Source: an uncultured virus (IMG/VR IMGVR_UViG_3300029319_005559) (taxonomy: Duplodnaviria > Heunggongvirae > Uroviricota > Caudoviricetes). Taken from it: a DNA stretch of 64,000 bases. The translations under genes and the position numbers were made by a program. The notes beneath the pieces were generated by a model. The model was not told the DNA's origin. It was given only the letters and a program-made list of their open reading frames with translations, and ran no database searches. Location: the IMG/VR virus record IMGVR_UViG_3300029319_005559. One strand, 5' to 3'. Each line of letters opens with the position of its first letter. The stretch's first letter is position 1. Shown one piece after another: positions 40,715 to 50,501 of this stretch.

Positions 40715-41586
40715 TACATTTTAAACTTTATAGTAGGTAAATTAACTATACCAGATTCTTCTATTTCTCTTAAATTATCCATATCTACAAATGGTTTAGC
40801 CAACATTGGTAGATCGTCAGGAGTTGATGCTCTTTGTTCAAATATTAATTCTTCATTTTCGTTAATGTATATTCTAGGAGGTCTATTGCTACTTTCCTCA
40901 CCATACATTCCGCCACTTATCATTTCACTTATATATTCTGGAAAAACATTATAATTACCTGATTGTGCTAAAGCGGCTTGTAAATCCTCTATTTCAATTT
41001 CACCTTTTTTACTATTTTCTTTAATATATTTTTTTACTCCATATATTTCTTTACTAGTTAAGTTAGGCAAAGCTTTAGGTTTCCAACCATACTCAGTTTG
41101 TGTATACAATCTTTTTTCTTCTGGTATGTCATCATATAAATTTAAAGCTATTGAAGCTCTTTGTTTTTCTCTTTCGTTACGGTCAGTATCATATCCTAAA
41201 CTATTCAATTTAACACCATATTCTACTTCTGTATTTTCTTCTTGTACATTTTTTTCAAGATTAGGTATTATATCTTTTTCTACTATTTCACCACGCGATA
41301 AAGCAGCGCTTGGATATGCTTCTGAACTACTAATAGCTTTTAGTACATCTCTCCTATACTCTCTTTCTTCAGGAGTCATTACATTTGGATTAGGTCTTTT
41401 ATTATAAAAATCTATCAACGTATTAACGCTGCCTATCATTTTATCTGCATTTTCTTCACCATACTCATAGTTCATAGCCCATTTTGCAATTCTGGGTGTT
41501 TTAAAATGTGGAACCTCTTCTCTAGGTGGGTTATTAGGTCCTCCTGTAAAAGGATTTTTACTATTAAATTTATCTTTAAAACTCAT
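40714..41586 (-). CDS. Hypothetical protein
   Basis: 290-aa coupled ORF. Confidence 0.55.
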   Translation of the reverse strand: MSFKDKFNSKNPFTGGPNNPPREEVPHFKTPRIAKWAMNYEYGEENADKMIGSVNTLIDFYNKRPNPNVMTPEEREYRRDVLKAISSSEAYPSAALSRGEIVEKDIIPNLEKNVQEENTEVEYGVKLNSLGYDTDRNEREKQRASIALNLYDDIPEEKRLYTQTEYGWKPKALPNLTSKEIYGVKKYIKENSKKGEIEIEDLQAALAQSGNYNVFPEYISEMISGGMYGEESSNRPPRIYINENEELIFEQRASTPDDLPMLAKPFVDMDNLREIEESGIVNLPTIKFKM

Positions 41587-41843
41587 AATACTATAACTAC
41601 ATCTTGTTCTTTAATAACTTGATATTGCTGTTTATCTATCTCTATTTTAGTACCAGCTACTTTGTCATAGTATATTTCATTACCGGCTTTTACGCCGTTA
41701 ACATCGGTACCTACAGATTTTACTTTAGCAATTCTATATCTAATATCTTCTCGTTGCTTTTCAGTTAAGATTAAACCACCTTTGGTTTTTACATTTTCTT
41801 CTTTAACTGGATCAATAACTATATACTTACCTACTGCTTTCAT
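41583..41843 (-). CDS. groES: Co-chaperonin GroES
   Basis: KTKGGLIL mobile loop, VKSVG, VKAG and IKEQDVV motifs. Confidence 0.85.
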   Translation of the reverse strand: MKAVGKYIVIDPVKEENVKTKGGLILTEKQREDIRYRIAKVKSVGTDVNGVKAGNEIYYDKVAGTKIEIDKQQYQVIKEQDVVIVL

Positions 41844-43387
41844 GCTCTAATATTATTGATTACACAATCTGTACTCATAATAGTAGTAGCTACTGAAGCC
41901 GCATTTTGTAAGGCACTTTTAGTTACTAGCAAAGGATCTATTATTCCGGTCTTAACCATATCTACCGTTTTTCCTGTAACCACGTCTAAACCTCTGCCTT
42001 GTGTTATTGGAGTTTCATATTCATCAACGCCTGCGTTCTTTAATATTATTTCATATGGCTTTTGTATAGCACAATATAAAACTTCTTCACCTATGTTTTT
42101 TGGTTGTAGCTTTTGCGAAGCATTTAACAAAGCTATACCACCTCCAGGAACTATACCTTCCTTTATTGCGGCTTTAGTAGCGCATATAGCATCTTCAACT
42201 CTATCTCTTTTTTCTTTCAACTCTACTTCAGAGTTAGCACCTACTTTTACAATAGCAACTTTAGCTTTTAGTTTTGCTAATCTGCTTTCTAATCTTGTTA
42301 TTACGGCGGGGCTTTTTGTACTAGCTATTTGCTCTTCAAGTCTACTTATTATTTCTTTTACTTCTTCATTGTTGGTTAAGTCGACTTTTAATATAGTATT
42401 TTCTTTATTAGTTATAGATCTTTCACATGAACCTAAATAGTCGATGCTGATTAAATCCATATCATCTCCGAGATCTTCGTTAATCAGTGTTGCACCTGTT
42501 ACAGCGCACAAGTCTTCTAATGTTTCTTTTCGATTAACTCCATAGCTCGGTGCATCAATGATGTTGACTTTAATATTGCCTTTCATTTTGTTCATGGCAA
42601 GCGCGTTCATTACTTGTGGATCAACATCTGCTATTATTAATAAGCTTTTCTTTTCTTTTATAACATGTTCTAATACTGTTTGTATTTTACGTATATTAGA
42701 CACTTCTGATTCTACTATAAGAACTAATGGTTGTTCTAACTCTGCAGCACCGTTCTGCTTATTAGTTATAAAATGAGGATTTTTAATAGCTTGGTTATAT
42801 TCAACACCTTCCACTAATTCAACCTCCGTTCTAGGTTGATCATTAGTCTCCATCATTACTATACCTGTTTCATCTACTAATTTAAAAGCTTGTGCTATTA
42901 TTTGCCCTAACTCTTTATCATTGTTAGCGGATATAGTAGCTACTTGATCTATTTTTTTACCACTAATTTTCTTACTATTCTTTTGTAAGTATTTAATGAC
43001 ATTAGTTACAGCTGTATTAATTCCATCTTTTATACTTCTTAAATCATCTAGCTGATCATGCTTGCTATACTCATCTAGTATTGCGTGTGCTAATACTGTA
43101 GCTGTAGTAGTTCCATCACCTGCATCTTTAACAGTTCTTTGTGCTGCCTCTTTTATAAGTGTAGCACCAATATTTTCTAATGGTTTACGTAACGTTATGC
43201 TATTTGCTACTGTTACTCCGTCTTTGGTTATAATTGGTTTACCGTGTTTATCTTCTAATATAACACATTTTCCGCTGGCGCCTAACGTAGATGATACTGC
43301 GTTAGTTAGTTTATTTACACCAGCTAGTATCTGGCTTCTAGCATCATCGCCAAAAGCCAGATCTTTTACTAGCATTAGTTCTTCCAT
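41840..43387 (-). CDS. groEL: Chaperonin GroEL
   Basis: ITKDGVTVA, AGDGTTTATVLA, KVGANSEVELKEKRDRVEDA, GIVPGGG and GIIDP motifs. Confidence 0.95.
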   Translation of the reverse strand: MEELMLVKDLAFGDDARSQILAGVNKLTNAVSSTLGASGKCVILEDKHGKPIITKDGVTVANSITLRKPLENIGATLIKEAAQRTVKDAGDGTTTATVLAHAILDEYSKHDQLDDLRSIKDGINTAVTNVIKYLQKNSKKISGKKIDQVATISANNDKELGQIIAQAFKLVDETGIVMMETNDQPRTEVELVEGVEYNQAIKNPHFITNKQNGAAELEQPLVLIVESEVSNIRKIQTVLEHVIKEKKSLLIIADVDPQVMNALAMNKMKGNIKVNIIDAPSYGVNRKETLEDLCAVTGATLINEDLGDDMDLISIDYLGSCERSITNKENTILKVDLTNNEEVKEIISRLEEQIASTKSPAVITRLESRLAKLKAKVAIVKVGANSEVELKEKRDRVEDAICATKAAIKEGIVPGGGIALLNASQKLQPKNIGEEVLYCAIQKPYEIILKNAGVDEYETPITQGRGLDVVTGKTVDMVKTGIIDPLLVTKSALQNAASVATTIMSTDCVINNIRA

Positions 43388-43415
43388 ATTAAATTAAATT
43401 AAATTTGATTTGTTT

Positions 43416-43700
43416 TTATTCAAATGTTTTTACAACTTTTGGTCCGTTAGCAAACTCAAGTTTCTTGCTATAATGTTCTATTGAACTGTCAATAGCAGCT
43501 TCAGCGCCATCCATGGTTTCTCTCCTTGTTACATCGACCCATTTATCTTCTAAGTCTTTGTACTCGGTTTGATAGTATCCATTTGGTAGTTGTACAATTC
43601 TCCAATTGCTTTTGGTTGCTACATGCTTCCATAATTCAATGGTTTGTTCATTTGGTTGTGGTGCATTACTCCACGATTTATGCGCGTAATAAAACGTCAT
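43416..43700 (-). CDS. Hypothetical protein
   Basis: NWRIVQLPNGYYQTE; first gene of the groEL operon. Confidence 0.6.
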   Translation of the reverse strand: MTFYYAHKSWSNAPQPNEQTIELWKHVATKSNWRIVQLPNGYYQTEYKDLEDKWVDVTRRETMDGAEAAIDSSIEHYSKKLEFANGPKVVKTFE

Positions 43701-43733
43701 GGTTATTTGTTTTTATTGGTTGTTATTATATAC

Positions 43734-43759
43734 TATCACTTAAGATAGTTGGTTTCTAC
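43734..43759 (-). promoter_or_regulatory. Candidate promoter GTAGA-N15-GTGATA
   Basis: Same spacing as the copies at 49338-49363 and 60173-60198; upstream of the groEL operon. Confidence 0.5.
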
Positions 43760-43773
43760 ATGGTAGAAATATT

Positions 43774-45312
43774 TTAAACTAACACAGGGTTAATGTCATG
43801 TTTGTCAGTGTCTAATAGATAAACATCTACTTTCGCTGGACCTGCTGCATACATACTATCTTCTGAAGTGGTAGATAAATTAGCTTTCCACCAAGCTCCA
43901 AACAATACTTGAGCGTCTGTTGTGTTAACTGAATCAAAAGCACCTTTTAGGTAGAAATAACAATTATCTCCTGCAGTAGCAGGCTCTCCGTCAGATGTTT
44001 TTAAATCAGAAACAAGTATGTCCCAGAAAAATTCATATCTAAATATTGGATTGCCAGCTTCAAATTCATCTGCATCTTCATATCCCATCATTTGCCATCC
44101 ATATTCTATAGATCCTGGCGATGTATTACTAGAGTCATTATGCATTCCAAAGAACAATCTAGTGTTTTCAGGTGTACCATCTGTGTCTTCGTGTTTGACA
44201 AACATAGAAGCTACTACTCTTACGTAGTCATCATCATTTGATGGTCTTCTGCAAAAACCAAACATGTCGGTTCCTGTACCTGTACCCGTTGTTATAGGGC
44301 TAAATTCTATTTGACTCCAAGCACCGCTCGTAGATGATATTTCTGTTAAATTATGAGCAGGAGGATCTTCTTGATCTAATCCAGCTCCTGTTGCTTGAAA
44401 AATATTACTATGTAATAACTCTCCATTACTAGTTGTTGCAGTTCCATTGCTAGCGGCCGTTAATCTACCTTGATCATCAACAGTTATATTTGTATTTGTA
44501 TAAGATCCAGCTGTTACTGCAGTATTATCTAGATTTATTGTAACCGTATCTGAAGCACTTACTGCACTGCTTAATCCTGTTCCACCAGCAATTGTTATTA
44601 TGTCTCCGTCAAGTATAGTTTCAGCTGCGCCACTGTCAGCTCTTAATTCTAAACTAGTAAATCTAGCCTCATTTGTAATTGTTATAGTTCCTACAGCGTT
44701 AGATGTAGCTATACCTGTTCCACCAGCAATATCTATAGTGTCTCCATCTGTAATATTGGTAGCTCCACCCGCGTCTGCTTCAATTTCAAACTCACTCATT
44801 GTGCCACCTGTTGGTATTCTAACAGCTAGTCTAGATTGATCTTCTTCTGTGTGATCTACAGGATACCATGTTCCAGTAAGTGATTGTGTAGGTATACTAG
44901 CTGGTCCAACTAATGCAGTAACACCGCCTTTTTTAACAGCTGTTGGAGGTAACAATGTGTATGTTAATTCATCAGCGCCATTACCTACTATAGTAAAATT
45001 GGTATCAGCATTAACACTAAACACAGCAGTTGATGATGGAGCAGACGCTATTATACTACTAGTAGTACCAGTTATAGTAGTCCAAGTGTTTTGTTCACTA
45101 ACGCTTATAGTTACATCACCCACGCCAGCAGTAGGGCTAAGTGTTACATTAGGAGTTCCAGCTATAATGCTACTAACACCTGAAACTGTTGCTCCTCTTA
45201 TATCATGTATAGTAACTTGCTTAGTTTTATTACCATCTTCTGTATCTGATATTAAAATTGTATCCGAACTAGCAGGATCACTTTTTATTGGATATGTATA
45301 TATTATTGCCAT
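43774..45312 (-). CDS. Tail fibre protein
   Basis: IAGGTG repeats and AGSYTNTNITVDDQGRLTAA fibre motif. Confidence 0.7.
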   Translation of the reverse strand: MAIIYTYPIKSDPASSDTILISDTEDGNKTKQVTIHDIRGATVSGVSSIIAGTPNVTLSPTAGVGDVTISVSEQNTWTTITGTTSSIIASAPSSTAVFSVNADTNFTIVGNGADELTYTLLPPTAVKKGGVTALVGPASIPTQSLTGTWYPVDHTEEDQSRLAVRIPTGGTMSEFEIEADAGGATNITDGDTIDIAGGTGIATSNAVGTITITNEARFTSLELRADSGAAETILDGDIITIAGGTGLSSAVSASDTVTINLDNTAVTAGSYTNTNITVDDQGRLTAASNGTATTSNGELLHSNIFQATGAGLDQEDPPAHNLTEISSTSGAWSQIEFSPITTGTGTGTDMFGFCRRPSNDDDYVRVVASMFVKHEDTDGTPENTRLFFGMHNDSSNTSPGSIEYGWQMMGYEDADEFEAGNPIFRYEFFWDILVSDLKTSDGEPATAGDNCYFYLKGAFDSVNTTDAQVLFGAWWKANLSTTSEDSMYAAGPAKVDVYLLDTDKHDINPVLV

Positions 45313-45317
45313 TTTTT

Positions 45318-46406
45318 TTATTTTTCTATAAATTGATAAGTTACATAAACGTCTATTCCACCACCACCGGCAACTACTGCACCACTAGCACCTGAAAGCT
45401 TTGCAGTTAAATTAGAACAATTAAGACCAAATGATTCTGAATTATTAGCTCTACCTGCATATATTCCAGTATTTGGTTGTTGACCTGTAATGAGATCTGC
45501 TGCATATATTTTATTAAATTCACCACCACCTGCGCTGCAACCATCTAAATAGAAATTTAAATTTTGTGAATTAGTAAATTGAGTTTTTGTAAATACCATT
45601 ATGTTAAGTACGTTTAAAAATTTATTAGTAGGTATACCTCCTCCAGGTCCAGCAAGTAATACATCAATACCTGTAGTGTGTAATATTTGTACATCAGCAT
45701 CACTAATAGTTAGTTTTGCTTGTCTAAGGCCTGGCTGTCTACCTATTTCACAACTTGCTCCATTTGTTCCTACACCTGGTTGAATAGCTTTAATAGTTAA
45801 GTTATCACCAGTTTCTGCGTTTTGCCAAGGTGAAGCATTACTATCTATTACAATACTACCTTGATTAACTTCTAATCTTGCATAAGGTACTGTAGGAAAA
45901 GAATTTGTATTTTGTGCGTGTAATTTAATAAACCCTGCATCTGCGCTTCCACTAGTTGCTATTACTAAATTTTCACCAGTATTTGTTCCTGTACTATTTC
46001 CATCTATTAATATGCCAGTAGTGTTTGACGTAGGATCAGATGGGTCACTAGTAACGCCTGAATAATTTATACTTAACACTCCACCTGTATATCCGTTTGG
46101 TTTTGCGAATTGACTACCGCCTTCTAACACTGATTGTAAATCACTCGCACCACTGCCACCAGAAAATAAAACCCAGTCTGCGTTTGTAACACCGTCTTGT
46201 AGTATGTACATTTCATTAGTGTCATTTTGAAATACAGCCATACCTTGTTTTCTACGTTCTGTAGTAATAGCCTCACGCTCTGTTTGATCAGCAACTGTCA
46301 TATATCCACCTTCACCATATATGTCTACATGCGTTGCAAATGTATCTGTCGTATCTGTCGGCGCTACTTTTCCTGTTAAGGGTACTGACCCTGGTATTTG
46401 TGCCAT
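45318..46406 (-). CDS. Fibre/structural protein
   Basis: ERRKQGMAVF knob-like motif; DLQSVL; G/T/N-rich. Confidence 0.55.
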   Translation of the reverse strand: MAQIPGSVPLTGKVAPTDTTDTFATHVDIYGEGGYMTVADQTEREAITTERRKQGMAVFQNDTNEMYILQDGVTNADWVLFSGGSGASDLQSVLEGGSQFAKPNGYTGGVLSINYSGVTSDPSDPTSNTTGILIDGNSTGTNTGENLVIATSGSADAGFIKLHAQNTNSFPTVPYARLEVNQGSIVIDSNASPWQNAETGDNLTIKAIQPGVGTNGASCEIGRQPGLRQAKLTISDADVQILHTTGIDVLLAGPGGGIPTNKFLNVLNIMVFTKTQFTNSQNLNFYLDGCSAGGGEFNKIYAADLITGQQPNTGIYAGRANNSESFGLNCSNLTAKLSGASGAVVAGGGGIDVYVTYQFIEK

Positions 46407-46407
46407 A

Positions 46408-47778
46408 TTAACTTACTATAAATGTTGCAGAACCGTTTAACTGGTTCAATGATCTATAAACTCTATAATTAATAGTTTGGAAATATGTATTCTGTACACT
46501 AACTGTTTGATAATTATATGTACCAGTACCATCGCTATATCCTTCTGCTGGACCTGCCATTGCTACTGGGAAACCAGCAGATACTATTGAGCTAGGTTCT
46601 GGAAAACTTATTGGTATACATAAGTACTTATAACCACCACCTGGAAATACATAAGAACCGTTTAAACTACTAGCTAAACTACTATTAACTGATAATGCTT
46701 TTATATCTCCTTCTCCTATAGCTGTCAATGCGTTATTACCTACATACCTGCGCCACAACCATGTTATAGTATATATAGATGGTGATATTGCACCGCCTTG
46801 TGTGTTATCACCTAATATCTCCCACTTATGTGTTGCACTGCCAGTTGTCTTTTGTATACTACTTGGTAGTGTAACTGAAGTAGTGTTTAGTGTAGATATA
46901 TCAATGCCAGTTGCTAGTGGATTATTATTTGGATCAGTTACATCGTTTATAACACCTGAATTAGGTTGTATATTGCCAGCATTGGATTTACCCCAATTAA
47001 ATGTAGCTGGACCTGATGGTACTGTATAACCAACTTCTACAGTAGGTCCTTGTCCTGTTATATTTAAACCAGATAATGTAGGAAATTGATATGGATATAA
47101 AAGTTTATCCCACATTTCTTGCATTGTATATCCTCCACCTCCTGGTTTTTCTGGAAATGTAGTACCTACACTTATACCACCTATTGTTTGTGTAACTGGA
47201 TCTGGATTAATATATTCTGAGCTTGCGCCGCTAGATGGATTACTTGTATGTAATTGGAATATATTACCATTCCATGTTAAGAAATATTCTACACCTGCTA
47301 CTATAAAGTCAACAGGTATATCTTCTAAACCGTTTAAAGTACCTCTTTGTATATCATAACCACCATAACCATTTATATTTAAGTTTATGGGTGATATAGT
47401 ATTTGTAGCATCAAATGTAGTTTTGTATACTACTTCTTGGTCTAAGTTGCTAATGTCACTTACGGTAGCTACGTAATTGTTAGCTACCGTTGTTGCTGTG
47501 ACATTTATTATTTCTGTTTTAGCTGTACCAGCAGGACCTGGAACCCACTCCGTTCCATTGTAACTTATAGTATCGCCTGGTTGAGGTACTGAACCTATAT
47601 TGCCAAACGACTGGCCGTATAAAGGAAAATCATCTAAGTCTAAAACAGTAGGTACTAAAGTAATAACATCAGTTATCCTGGTATTCATAGTGTTATTTTG
47701 TTGATTCTTCTTAGACATCAACAAAAGATCACTAACACTGGGCTGTGTTGTTACCGGATAAGTGTATACTATTGCCAT
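46408..47778 (-). CDS. Fibre/structural protein
   Basis: MAIVYTYP N-terminus shared with 43774-45312; beta-rich. Confidence 0.55.
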   Translation of the reverse strand: MAIVYTYPVTTQPSVSDLLLMSKKNQQNNTMNTRITDVITLVPTVLDLDDFPLYGQSFGNIGSVPQPGDTISYNGTEWVPGPAGTAKTEIINVTATTVANNYVATVSDISNLDQEVVYKTTFDATNTISPINLNINGYGGYDIQRGTLNGLEDIPVDFIVAGVEYFLTWNGNIFQLHTSNPSSGASSEYINPDPVTQTIGGISVGTTFPEKPGGGGYTMQEMWDKLLYPYQFPTLSGLNITGQGPTVEVGYTVPSGPATFNWGKSNAGNIQPNSGVINDVTDPNNNPLATGIDISTLNTTSVTLPSSIQKTTGSATHKWEILGDNTQGGAISPSIYTITWLWRRYVGNNALTAIGEGDIKALSVNSSLASSLNGSYVFPGGGYKYLCIPISFPEPSSIVSAGFPVAMAGPAEGYSDGTGTYNYQTVSVQNTYFQTINYRVYRSLNQLNGSATFIVS

Positions 47779-47787
47779 ATAAGTTTA

Positions 47788-49284
47788 TTAAGACTGCCCT
47801 TCAGGTTGAAATCCCCAATCAATTTTAAATTTTGTAATTGATCCATCTTTATAAAGAGCTGGAGTAGATTTATCTCCTTCTACATTGTAATGAGTTATCA
47901 TATAACCTAACTCAGATAAAGCCAGTAATTGTAAACCTGTTATATCTTTTTCTCCTAAAATTATATGTGTTCCTCCTTTGCTAGCTACTTCGTGTATTTT
48001 CTCATTAATACCTGTTAAGTTAAGATCTACAAGAGATCGTCTTGCTATAATAAAAGCATCTTCAGCGCTTAGTATAGCTTTAGCTTTAGACTTATCTGCT
48101 TGCTCTTGTGATTCATCTCTTACTTCTCGTATTAAACTTCTCATGCTGTCAGCACCATTTTGATCTAAGTTTAATGACTCAATAATGCTTTCTTTAAATA
48201 CATTAGTATCTTTTTTTGCTTCATCAGATTTCTCTTGTACACTGTCGTTTGAAACTTCAAGTAATACTTTTATTCTTTCTTTATTAACTATAGTGTTATT
48301 AACATGTGATGATCTTATTTGAGACTGCTCATTATATTTCCTTATTAACTCACCACTTCTTAATACCTCTAATTCACTTTCTATTGATTTGATCTTTTCT
48401 TTTTCTTCTTTAAGATTTAAATCTAATTCTTCTAATTCTTTTGTTTCTTTAGCTTGATCAGCTGTTTTTCTATCAATGTCTTCTTGTACATCTGCAAGTC
48501 TATTTGTCATTTCACTCACTTCGTCTTTAGCAGCGTCTATATCAGATAATTTTTCCTCTCTATTAGTTATCTTTCCGTCTTTTTGTTCTTCATTATTATC
48601 TAATGACTCTGTTAATGACTTGTGAGCGTCTTCTAATGCAGCCATTTCAGACTCAAAGGTTGCAAGTTCTGTTTTACAGTATGCTAGTTCGTTAGCTTTA
48701 GTAGTTTTATTTGCTGTTTCAGCAGCTTTTTTATCTTCTGTAGCTTGTCTTGATTTTGTTGTGTCGTCAATTTCTGCTTGTATTTTATCTTTTACCTCCT
48801 GATCTTCTTCATTTGCTTTGTCAGCTTCTAGTTTTGTTATTCTTTCTGTGTATTTAGTTATATCTTGGTCTAGTTCTGCTATACTTGCAGTTAAATCTGT
48901 TACTTCAGCATCTAATTTTTCTATTTCACTTTGCTTTGCCTTGATACTACTTGCTTTATCTTTCCTATCTTGCTCATTCTTCGACCTGTTTGTTTCGATG
49001 CCGTCTATAGCTTCAGTTAAAGCTTTTATTTCATCTTCAAGTGTTGCTACTTCAGCTGTAAAAGTTTCAATATCTTTTTCAGCTTTACTTTTGTCTGTTA
49101 AAATCTTAGATTTTTGTTCATTATTGTCTTTTATATCAAGACCTACTTTTTCTATAAACTCTTTTTTCTCTTGTTGAGCGACTAATATAGACTCTTCTTT
49201 CTTTTTCTTTGAATCTAAATCTGTTTCTTTAGCTTTTATGTCGGCATTTATGTTTTCTAAATCCGATTTTGTGATTAATCCCAT
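47788..49284 (-). CDS. Long coiled-coil protein
   Basis: About 330 aa of E/K heptads and a small globular C-terminus. Confidence 0.6.
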   Translation of the reverse strand: MGLITKSDLENINADIKAKETDLDSKKKKEESILVAQQEKKEFIEKVGLDIKDNNEQKSKILTDKSKAEKDIETFTAEVATLEDEIKALTEAIDGIETNRSKNEQDRKDKASSIKAKQSEIEKLDAEVTDLTASIAELDQDITKYTERITKLEADKANEEDQEVKDKIQAEIDDTTKSRQATEDKKAAETANKTTKANELAYCKTELATFESEMAALEDAHKSLTESLDNNEEQKDGKITNREEKLSDIDAAKDEVSEMTNRLADVQEDIDRKTADQAKETKELEELDLNLKEEKEKIKSIESELEVLRSGELIRKYNEQSQIRSSHVNNTIVNKERIKVLLEVSNDSVQEKSDEAKKDTNVFKESIIESLNLDQNGADSMRSLIREVRDESQEQADKSKAKAILSAEDAFIIARRSLVDLNLTGINEKIHEVASKGGTHIILGEKDITGLQLLALSELGYMITHYNVEGDKSTPALYKDGSITKFKIDWGFQPEGQS

Positions 49285-49337
49285 GATTTTTTATGTTTTG
49301 CTAGTTTAATATTTTTTATTTGTACCTTATTTTAGTT

Positions 49338-49363
49338 TATTACAGGTAAATTACTCTTTTTAC
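49338..49363 (-). promoter_or_regulatory. Candidate promoter GTAAA-N15-GTAATA at the head of the structural arm
   Basis: Motif shared with the 43.7 kb and 60.2 kb sites. Confidence 0.5.
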
Positions 49364-49374
49364 CTACAAAAAGT

Positions 49375-49419
49375 GTGACAGTTGCCCCTTATTCTACTAA
49401 TCTAGCTAGCTATTGTCAC
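49375..49419. repeat. Inverted repeat GTGACA-N33-TGTCAC
   Basis: Arms GTGACAGTTGC and GCTATTGTCAC. Confidence 0.6.
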
Positions 49420-49561
49420 TATTTTATTAGAAATATAGGGAATTTTATCTATACCCCTATCTTGTTGATTATCAATCAGTTACAAAACGGATTTTGCTTT
49501 GCCGGGTTCCCCTACTTTTTCTTATATTTTTGCAAAATGTTTTACATTTTTTATATATATG

Positions 49562-49593
49562 CACAAACCTTTTACGATTCTGTGTAGATAATA
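49562..49593 (+). promoter_or_regulatory. Early promoter motif copy 1
   Basis: CACAAACCTTTTACGATTCTGTGTAGATAATA. Confidence 0.7.
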
Positions 49594-49691
49594 ACTATAA
49601 ACCTAATAAAATAAATAACAATGCTAATATTCTTTACAATACCACCAATAATAATTTCACTAGTCGTTCTTTATGATTTTATAAATGAATA

Positions 49692-49723
49692 CACAAACTA
49701 ATTACGACTATCAACAGATAATA
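49692..49723 (+). promoter_or_regulatory. Early promoter motif copy 2
   Basis: CACAAACTAATTACGACTATCAACAGATAATA. Confidence 0.75.
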
Positions 49724-49756
49724 TAAACAAATGTTAAACTAATAAATATAATAACT

Positions 49757-49999
49757 ATGAAAAATTCAACTAATAACTTAACTACTAAAAGATTTGTAAT
49801 AAGAAAATCTTTAATCGGTGAAAACAAAGTAATAACTTTCACTAACAAAAAAGACATTACATTCACTTATGATCACGATGTAATTTACTCAACATTTCAA
49901 GAAAAGTTTGAAAGTATGCCATGTTTTCAAGAGTATGGTTCTTACACAAACTCTAATACAGTACCAAAATTCTGTAGAGAATTAAGTGAAATATCTTAA
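49757..49999 (+). CDS. Early hypothetical protein
   Basis: ORF downstream of promoter copy 2. Confidence 0.6.
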   Translation: MKNSTNNLTTKRFVIRKSLIGENKVITFTNKKDITFTYDHDVIYSTFQEKFESMPCFQEYGSYTNSNTVPKFCRELSEIS

Positions 50000-50017
50000 T
50001 TCACATGTAGTAAACTA

Positions 50018-50060
50018 TGACAATAGGTAGTTACTAACTATATCTAACTACCTAATGTCA
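50018..50060. repeat. Inverted repeat TGACA-N33-TGTCA with 16-nt arms
   Basis: TGACAATAGGTAGTTA and TAACTACCTAATGTCA, 15/16 complementary. Confidence 0.75.
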
Positions 50061-50153
50061 CATTACACTCAGAATAGTAATTATCATTACATACTTTGAA
50101 GTAATGCATTATACCTAACAACTAATTTTAACTAACAAACTAATATACACCTT

Positions 50154-50381
50154 ATGAAAAAACTATTTTTATCAATATCAGCATTGTCACTCATGTCATT
50201 CAGTTCAGTAACTATTTACCAAAACTATTTAATAAGTGAATCAATTAATAACATTCAAGACATGAAAGAGTGGATGCAACAAGATATACTATCAGGTAAT
50301 ATCGATGTGGAATTAGGCGAAAACTATGTATATTGGTTAGAGCAAACTGAAGATCAGTTGATCGAGTATGTCACAAACTAA
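50154..50381 (+). CDS. Early protein with signal peptide
   Basis: MKKLFLSISALSLMSFS; resembles 51877-52119 (NxxxMxxWxQQD..xG.I). Confidence 0.6.
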   Translation: MKKLFLSISALSLMSFSSVTIYQNYLISESINNIQDMKEWMQQDILSGNIDVELGENYVYWLEQTEDQLIEYVTN

Positions 50382-50403
50382 TCACGATCACTTGTAGATA
50401 ATA
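50372..50403 (+). promoter_or_regulatory. Early promoter motif copy 3
   Basis: CACAAACTAATCACGATCACTTGTAGATAATA. Confidence 0.75.
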
Positions 50404-50409
50404 TAATAA

Positions 50410-50468
50410 AGTCGGTGTTGATCATCATACCTTAACGACTATAAATAATACGAGCATATGATGCCACC
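50410..50468 (+). ncRNA. Candidate pseudoknotted leader or small RNA
   Basis: AGTCG/CGACT stem; its loop CATCATA is complementary to downstream TATGATG. Confidence 0.35.
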
Positions 50469-50501
50469 AAACTAATTTATTAACTTTTAAAAATAACGCT
50501 T

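Noticed and set aside
4568..49177. Many plus-strand ORFs antisense to the structural genes
   Set aside because: Shadow ORFs rich in L/S/F that lie within clear minus-strand genes
49375..49676. ORF-track entries 49375-49587 and 49494-49676
   Set aside because: They overlap regulatory repeats and have non-ATG starts and atypical composition
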